A program made the translations under genes and the position numbers. A model generated the notes under the pieces. The model saw only the letters and a list, made by a program, of their open reading frames with translations. It did no database searches and had not been told where the DNA came from. A DNA stretch of 64,000 nt, from positions 1,248,001-1,312,000 of the forward strand of contig OY762463.1 of the NCBI GenBank assembly GCA_963665815.1. Direction: 5' to 3'. Shown in pieces: positions 59,750 to 64,000 of the stretch. The stretch comes from Candidatus Cloacimonadales bacterium (lineage in GTDB: Bacteria; Cloacimonadota; Cloacimonadia; Cloacimonadales; JAIOQZ01). Every line of letters begins with the position of its first letter. Position 1 is the stretch's first letter.

Positions 59750-60853
59750 TTAACGGAGTTTTATTGTTCCAATACCCAGAGCTGCCAGAATAAGTGCAAC
59801 TATCCAGAATCTTACTACTATTTTTTCTTCAGATAATCCTTTTAGTTCGAAATGATGATGTAATGGAGCCATCTTGAAAATACGCCTTCCGGTTCCATAC
59901 TTCTTTCTAGTGTATTTGAAATAATATCTTTGCATGATTGATGAGAGAGCTTCCATAATGAATATGCCCCCAACAATTACGAGAAAAATCTCTTCTCTCA
60001 GCAATATTGAAACAACAGCGAGAAGTCCTCCGAGAGAAAGGGATCCCGTGTCACCCATAAAGATTTCCGCAGGTTTTGTGTTAAACCACAGGAATCCAAT
60101 AGTTGATCCTGTTAAAGCTGATAGAAATATTGTTATCTCACCTGCCTGAGGAATAAACTCAAGATGGAAATATTCAGCCATTTTTGAGTTACCCTTGAAA
60201 TAAGCCATTGCAGCAAATGCAAAACCGGCAATTGAAATAGTTCCTGCAGCAAGTCCATCCAGACCATCTGTCAGATTGACGGCATTGGATGTTCCAACAA
60301 TAACAAAGACGACAAACGGTATAAAAATAATTCCCAGATAAATAGCAGTTTCCTTAAAGAATGGAAGACTGATACTGGCTATTGAAGTTGTTTCTTCTGA
60401 ACCAAAGTATAGTGCCAGTCCTATAATTAAAGAAAGTGTTATTTGTCCGAGTAATTTATATTTTGCCACAAGCCCTTTCTTCAGTTTCTTGATGTTCTTA
60501 AGGTAATCATCAAGAAAACCCAGACCACCAAGCCATAGGACTGTTAAATATAAAAACAATACATAAGTATTTACCAGATTGTTCCAGAGCAGTGATGCAA
60601 GCATCATGGAAGACAGGATTATTAATCCCCCCATGGAAGGTGTTCCCTGCTTTGATTTATGACTTGTTGGTACAACATCGTTTATAGTCTCAACAAATTG
60701 TTTTTTCTTCAGAGCATTGATCAGATAAGGACCAAGAAGTACAGAGAATACTAAAGCTGTCACAAATGCAGCAACAGATCGGAATGTGAAGTATCTGAAC
60801 ACATTGAACAGGATGTTTACATCTGCAATCGGTTTAAAAATATGGTAAAACAT
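59750..60853 (-). CDS. mraY: Phospho-N-acetylmuramoyl-pentapeptide transferase
   Basis: KQGTPSMGG, GFLDDY, SNAVNLTDGLDGLA, FMGDTGS, MAPLHHHFE. Confidence 0.98.
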   Translation of the reverse strand: MFYHIFKPIADVNILFNVFRYFTFRSVAAFVTALVFSVLLGPYLINALKKKQFVETINDVVPTSHKSKQGTPSMGGLIILSSMMLASLLWNNLVNTYVLFLYLTVLWLGGLGFLDDYLKNIKKLKKGLVAKYKLLGQITLSLIIGLALYFGSEETTSIASISLPFFKETAIYLGIIFIPFVVFVIVGTSNAVNLTDGLDGLAAGTISIAGFAFAAMAYFKGNSKMAEYFHLEFIPQAGEITIFLSALTGSTIGFLWFNTKPAEIFMGDTGSLSLGGLLAVVSILLREEIFLVIVGGIFIMEALSSIMQRYYFKYTRKKYGTGRRIFKMAPLHHHFELKGLSEEKIVVRFWIVALILAALGIGTIKLR

Positions 60854-63639
60854 TAACTTTCCTTTCTGATTTTATCTATAATTTTATCTAATTGAATACC
60901 ATGTGATGCTTTAACCAGCACAACAGAGTCTGGTTTTATCTTTTTTAAGAAATCTGACGAAAGCAACTCATTTACATTTGTGAAATGCGTATCTGAACAA
61001 TAAAATTCCGCTTTGCTTCCAACTGATGCTGTCTGATTTACATTAGCTGACTTAAGAAGATCTCCGATTGCTTTATGGTGATTATCAGCTGATTCTCCAA
61101 GCTCCAGCATATCTCCAAGCACAGCGACATGAGGTCTGTCTGCCTTATATTTCTTCCAGAAATCTATTGCTGCCTTCATGGAATCGGGATTTGCATTATA
61201 ACAATCAGCAATCCATGTATTACCAGCCTTCTCAAATATATTCATTCTGTTACCAAGTTCTGGTTGTAATTCTATGCCATTTCTGATTATCTCGGCATCT
61301 ATACCCAATTGCAAAGCAGCAATTGATGCGATACCTGCGTTCCAGGCATTATGAATTACAGGTGAGCTGACTTTCAGCTTGATGTCATTTATTCTGAACT
61401 TTACTTTTTCTTTATCAGCTTTTTCTATAATTATTGAATAATCTGAATTCTCACCAAATAAATGCAGATTTTCTAATTGAGAGTTTCCGAAAAATTCTAC
61501 CGGAGCAATCTTGGTAGTTTTATCAAACATGAAAATATCAGATTTTTCTTTAAGTACGCCTTCAATAGTTTCAAAGAATTCTAGATGAGAATTACCGATA
61601 GAAGTTATGATTGCAATATCCGGTTTGCATATTTCAGTTATTGCGGCAATTTCACCAAAGTGATTTGAGCCAAGTTCCAGCACAGAATATTCATGAGAAG
61701 AATTCAGCTGAAGCAAGGTTTTAGCAGTGCCAATCTGATTATTTTCATTTTTGTATGTTGTCAGAACATTGTGTTCTTTTCCAAGTATTGCTGCAAGATA
61801 CTCTTTAGTCGTAGTCTTTCCCGTTGATCCCGTTATTGCAATATTTGTAGATGAATAGATACTCCTGTGGAATGAAGCGAATTTCTGATATGCTTTCAGC
61901 GAATCATCCACTTTGATATATTTTGGATTATCAAAGTCCTTATGACCGACAGCAATGCATGTGCTATTCTGCAATACAGACTCAATAAATGAATGCCCGT
62001 CAAAACTTTCACCTTCCAGAGCAAAGAAAACACTGTAATCTCGGATTGTTCTGGAATCGGTAGAAACAAATTTGTATTCTCTGGAATCAAGGTTCCCGGT
62101 TGCGAAAAGATATTCAAGCTGAAGCGAATCTACCGGAAATTCAAGTTCGATTGTTCCGCTTATTCTGGCATTCTCTGGAACACTATAGTGCTGATCAATT
62201 ATATTTAGAATTATCTCTCTATCGTTGAAGTATTGCTTTTCACCCTTTACTTCCTGATACGTTTCATGTCCTTTACCGGCAATGATAATTATATCATCTT
62301 TCCCTGCTATTCCAATTACAGACTCAAGTGCTTTTTTTCTATCTGTTCTAATCAGGATGTCAGACTCAGAAGAAACACCTTTCATGATATCTCTGATTAT
62401 CTCTGGCGGTTCTTCATCCCTTGGATTATCTGTTGTTATGATAGATAAATCAGCAAAGGACGACACGACAAATCCCATCTCAGAACGTTTGGACTTATCT
62501 CTGTTTCCACCGGCTCCAAACAAACATATTATTCTTTTGTGAGGAACAGACTCAACTGATTTTATCACTTTCTCAAGTGCATCCGGAGTGTGAGCATAAT
62601 CAATATAGATGTTCAAGTTTGCTTTGTTATCTATTTTCATCATTCTACCATCTACTTGAGGGAGTGATGAAAGTGATGCAGCAATATTCTTTTCGTTAAC
62701 TTGACATAATTCAGTACAGCACTTGATTGCCATCAAGGCATTAGATAAATTATGTTTACCGCTCATTGGAAGTCTATACTCATTTACATCATTTTCCAGA
62801 TTGAATGAATAACCATGTACAGAAGATTTCAAATTTCTTACAGATTCTATTGAAACATTTTCTACCGAATCACCAAGAACTCCTGCAAGTTTTTTTCCAT
62901 AGTTGTCATCAATGTTAATGATTGCTTTAGCACCCTCTTTATACTGGCTGCTTACGAATCTGAATTTTGTTTCTTTGTATGCATCCATAGTTTTATGAAA
63001 ATCAAGGTGATCTCTTGATAGATTCGTGAATAAAACTGCTGCAAACTGTTGTCTGTACACACGGTCAAGGGCAATTGAGTGTGATGAGACTTCCATTACT
63101 ATATAGTCACAGTCTTTCATGGAATAAAGTATTTTGTGAAGTTCCACAATATCCGGAGTTGTTCGTTCCAGAGGGAATTTTTCTCTGCCGATATAATAAC
63201 CCAGAGTTCCGATCAAACCTGTCTTATATCCGTTTTCAGTCAAAATATGGTGTATAATATGTGATACTGTGGTTTTCCCATTTGTTCCGGTTACTCCGAT
63301 CAATTCAGGTGCTCTTTTACCGGATTCAAAAATGATGGATGCAGCAATCGCAGTGCTTCGTCTGGAATTTCTGACAATAAGCTGAGGTGCTGAGATATCA
63401 AGTTCTTCCTCGACTATCAGTGCAATTGCACCTTTTTCAACAGCAGATTGGGCATATTCATGTCCATCTGAAACAAATCCTCTTATACACACGAACAAAG
63501 TGTTCTCTGTGACCTGTCTGGAATCGGTAGCAATATCAGCTATCTGACACTTCCTGAAATTAACTTTTCCAAGAAGCTGGCCTTCAGATTCAAGTATTGT
63601 TGCGATATAGGATAAGTTTATTCTGCTGAAATTTGACAT
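60853..63639 (-). CDS. murEF: Bifunctional MurE-MurF fusion ligase
   Basis: N-half MurE (TGTNGKTT, TTPD, MEVSSH, DHLDFH, DYAHTPD, DNPR, AGKGHE); C-half MurF (TDSRT, TGSTGKTTTKE, NNQIG, DCYNANPDSM, GDMLELG, VKASHG). Confidence 0.95.
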   Translation of the reverse strand: MSNFSRINLSYIATILESEGQLLGKVNFRKCQIADIATDSRQVTENTLFVCIRGFVSDGHEYAQSAVEKGAIALIVEEELDISAPQLIVRNSRRSTAIAASIIFESGKRAPELIGVTGTNGKTTVSHIIHHILTENGYKTGLIGTLGYYIGREKFPLERTTPDIVELHKILYSMKDCDYIVMEVSSHSIALDRVYRQQFAAVLFTNLSRDHLDFHKTMDAYKETKFRFVSSQYKEGAKAIINIDDNYGKKLAGVLGDSVENVSIESVRNLKSSVHGYSFNLENDVNEYRLPMSGKHNLSNALMAIKCCTELCQVNEKNIAASLSSLPQVDGRMMKIDNKANLNIYIDYAHTPDALEKVIKSVESVPHKRIICLFGAGGNRDKSKRSEMGFVVSSFADLSIITTDNPRDEEPPEIIRDIMKGVSSESDILIRTDRKKALESVIGIAGKDDIIIIAGKGHETYQEVKGEKQYFNDREIILNIIDQHYSVPENARISGTIELEFPVDSLQLEYLFATGNLDSREYKFVSTDSRTIRDYSVFFALEGESFDGHSFIESVLQNSTCIAVGHKDFDNPKYIKVDDSLKAYQKFASFHRSIYSSTNIAITGSTGKTTTKEYLAAILGKEHNVLTTYKNENNQIGTAKTLLQLNSSHEYSVLELGSNHFGEIAAITEICKPDIAIITSIGNSHLEFFETIEGVLKEKSDIFMFDKTTKIAPVEFFGNSQLENLHLFGENSDYSIIIEKADKEKVKFRINDIKLKVSSPVIHNAWNAGIASIAALQLGIDAEIIRNGIELQPELGNRMNIFEKAGNTWIADCYNANPDSMKAAIDFWKKYKADRPHVAVLGDMLELGESADNHHKAIGDLLKSANVNQTASVGSKAEFYCSDTHFTNVNELLSSDFLKKIKPDSVVLVKASHGIQLDKIIDKIRKES

Positions 63640-64000
63640 AACTGACCATACTCTATTTTTGTTTTTGGAGGAATGGATTGTTTTACAACAACTCCTCTAC
63701 CTTTTATTTTCAGTTTAACGTGATTTCTTTTAGCATATTCTACTGCTTTTCTCAGAGAACAACCTACAAGATCAGGCATAGTTTCATTTTCAAGATTCGC
63801 TATGTCATCTCCATGGCCGAACACTAAAAGTATTTCATTATCAGGATTAAAGCTGACACCTGGTTTGGGAAACTGATTGGTTATAGTACTGCTTTTACTT
63901 TTATATACAGTTTTATATTTAAGTTTATTTTTATCGAGTAAAGGAAGAGCATCTTTGAAATCCTTGTTCATGAAATCAGGCATTGTTACAGTTTTTTGAT
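63618..64000 (-). CDS. C-terminal PASTA domains of a penicillin-binding protein (probably FtsI); start lies beyond the window
   Basis: Two PASTA repeats (MPDF...NQFPKPG; MPDLVG...G-G-VVKQSIPP); position immediately upstream of murE. Confidence 0.8.
   Translation of the reverse strand, partial: QKTVTMPDFMNKDFKDALPLLDKNKLKYKTVYKSKSSTITNQFPKPGVSFNPDNEILLVFGHGDDIANLENETMPDLVGCSLRKAVEYAKRNHVKLKIKGRGVVVKQSIPPKTKIEYGQLCQISAE

Overview
AT-rich bacterial chromosome segment, most likely from an FCB-group anaerobe such as Candidatus Cloacimonadota. That assignment is inferred from several secreted proteins ending in FlgD-Ig/T9SS-like sorting domains (NYPNPFNP...) plus a PorV-like barrel. From left to right the window holds: an RND efflux pair, a TPR/DUF4175-like/radical-SAM operon, tRNA-Ala(GGC), GNATs and a class C acid phosphatase, and a four-gene signalling cluster (hybrid kinase, HDOD, PAS kinase, Cache-HisKA). 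Next is the standout five-gene operon (17.7-25.0 kb): a large Ig/cadherin-repeat surface protein with a type-B-like sorting tail, a PorV-like outer-membrane barrel with a stalk+TPR tail, a single-chain FliF(ring)-TM-FliG(M+C) fusion, and MotA/MotB-like stator genes. No flagellar export, rod, hook, filament or FliM/FliN genes are in the window, so this is a candidate minimal, flagellum-independent rotary motor coupled to a surface adhesin. After it come more large secreted proteins, an internally deleted IS256 remnant, amrS, recF-dnaN-hup without dnaA/gyrB, a TerB-FHA-ABC fusion, rlpA, a DUF559 nuclease flanked by palindromic repeats, nfu, an atypical pilin and a PHP hydrolase. The window ends with the dcw cluster, which carries a MurE-MurF fusion and an inserted small Cys/His protein. 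All assignments come from reading motifs by eye; no searches were run.
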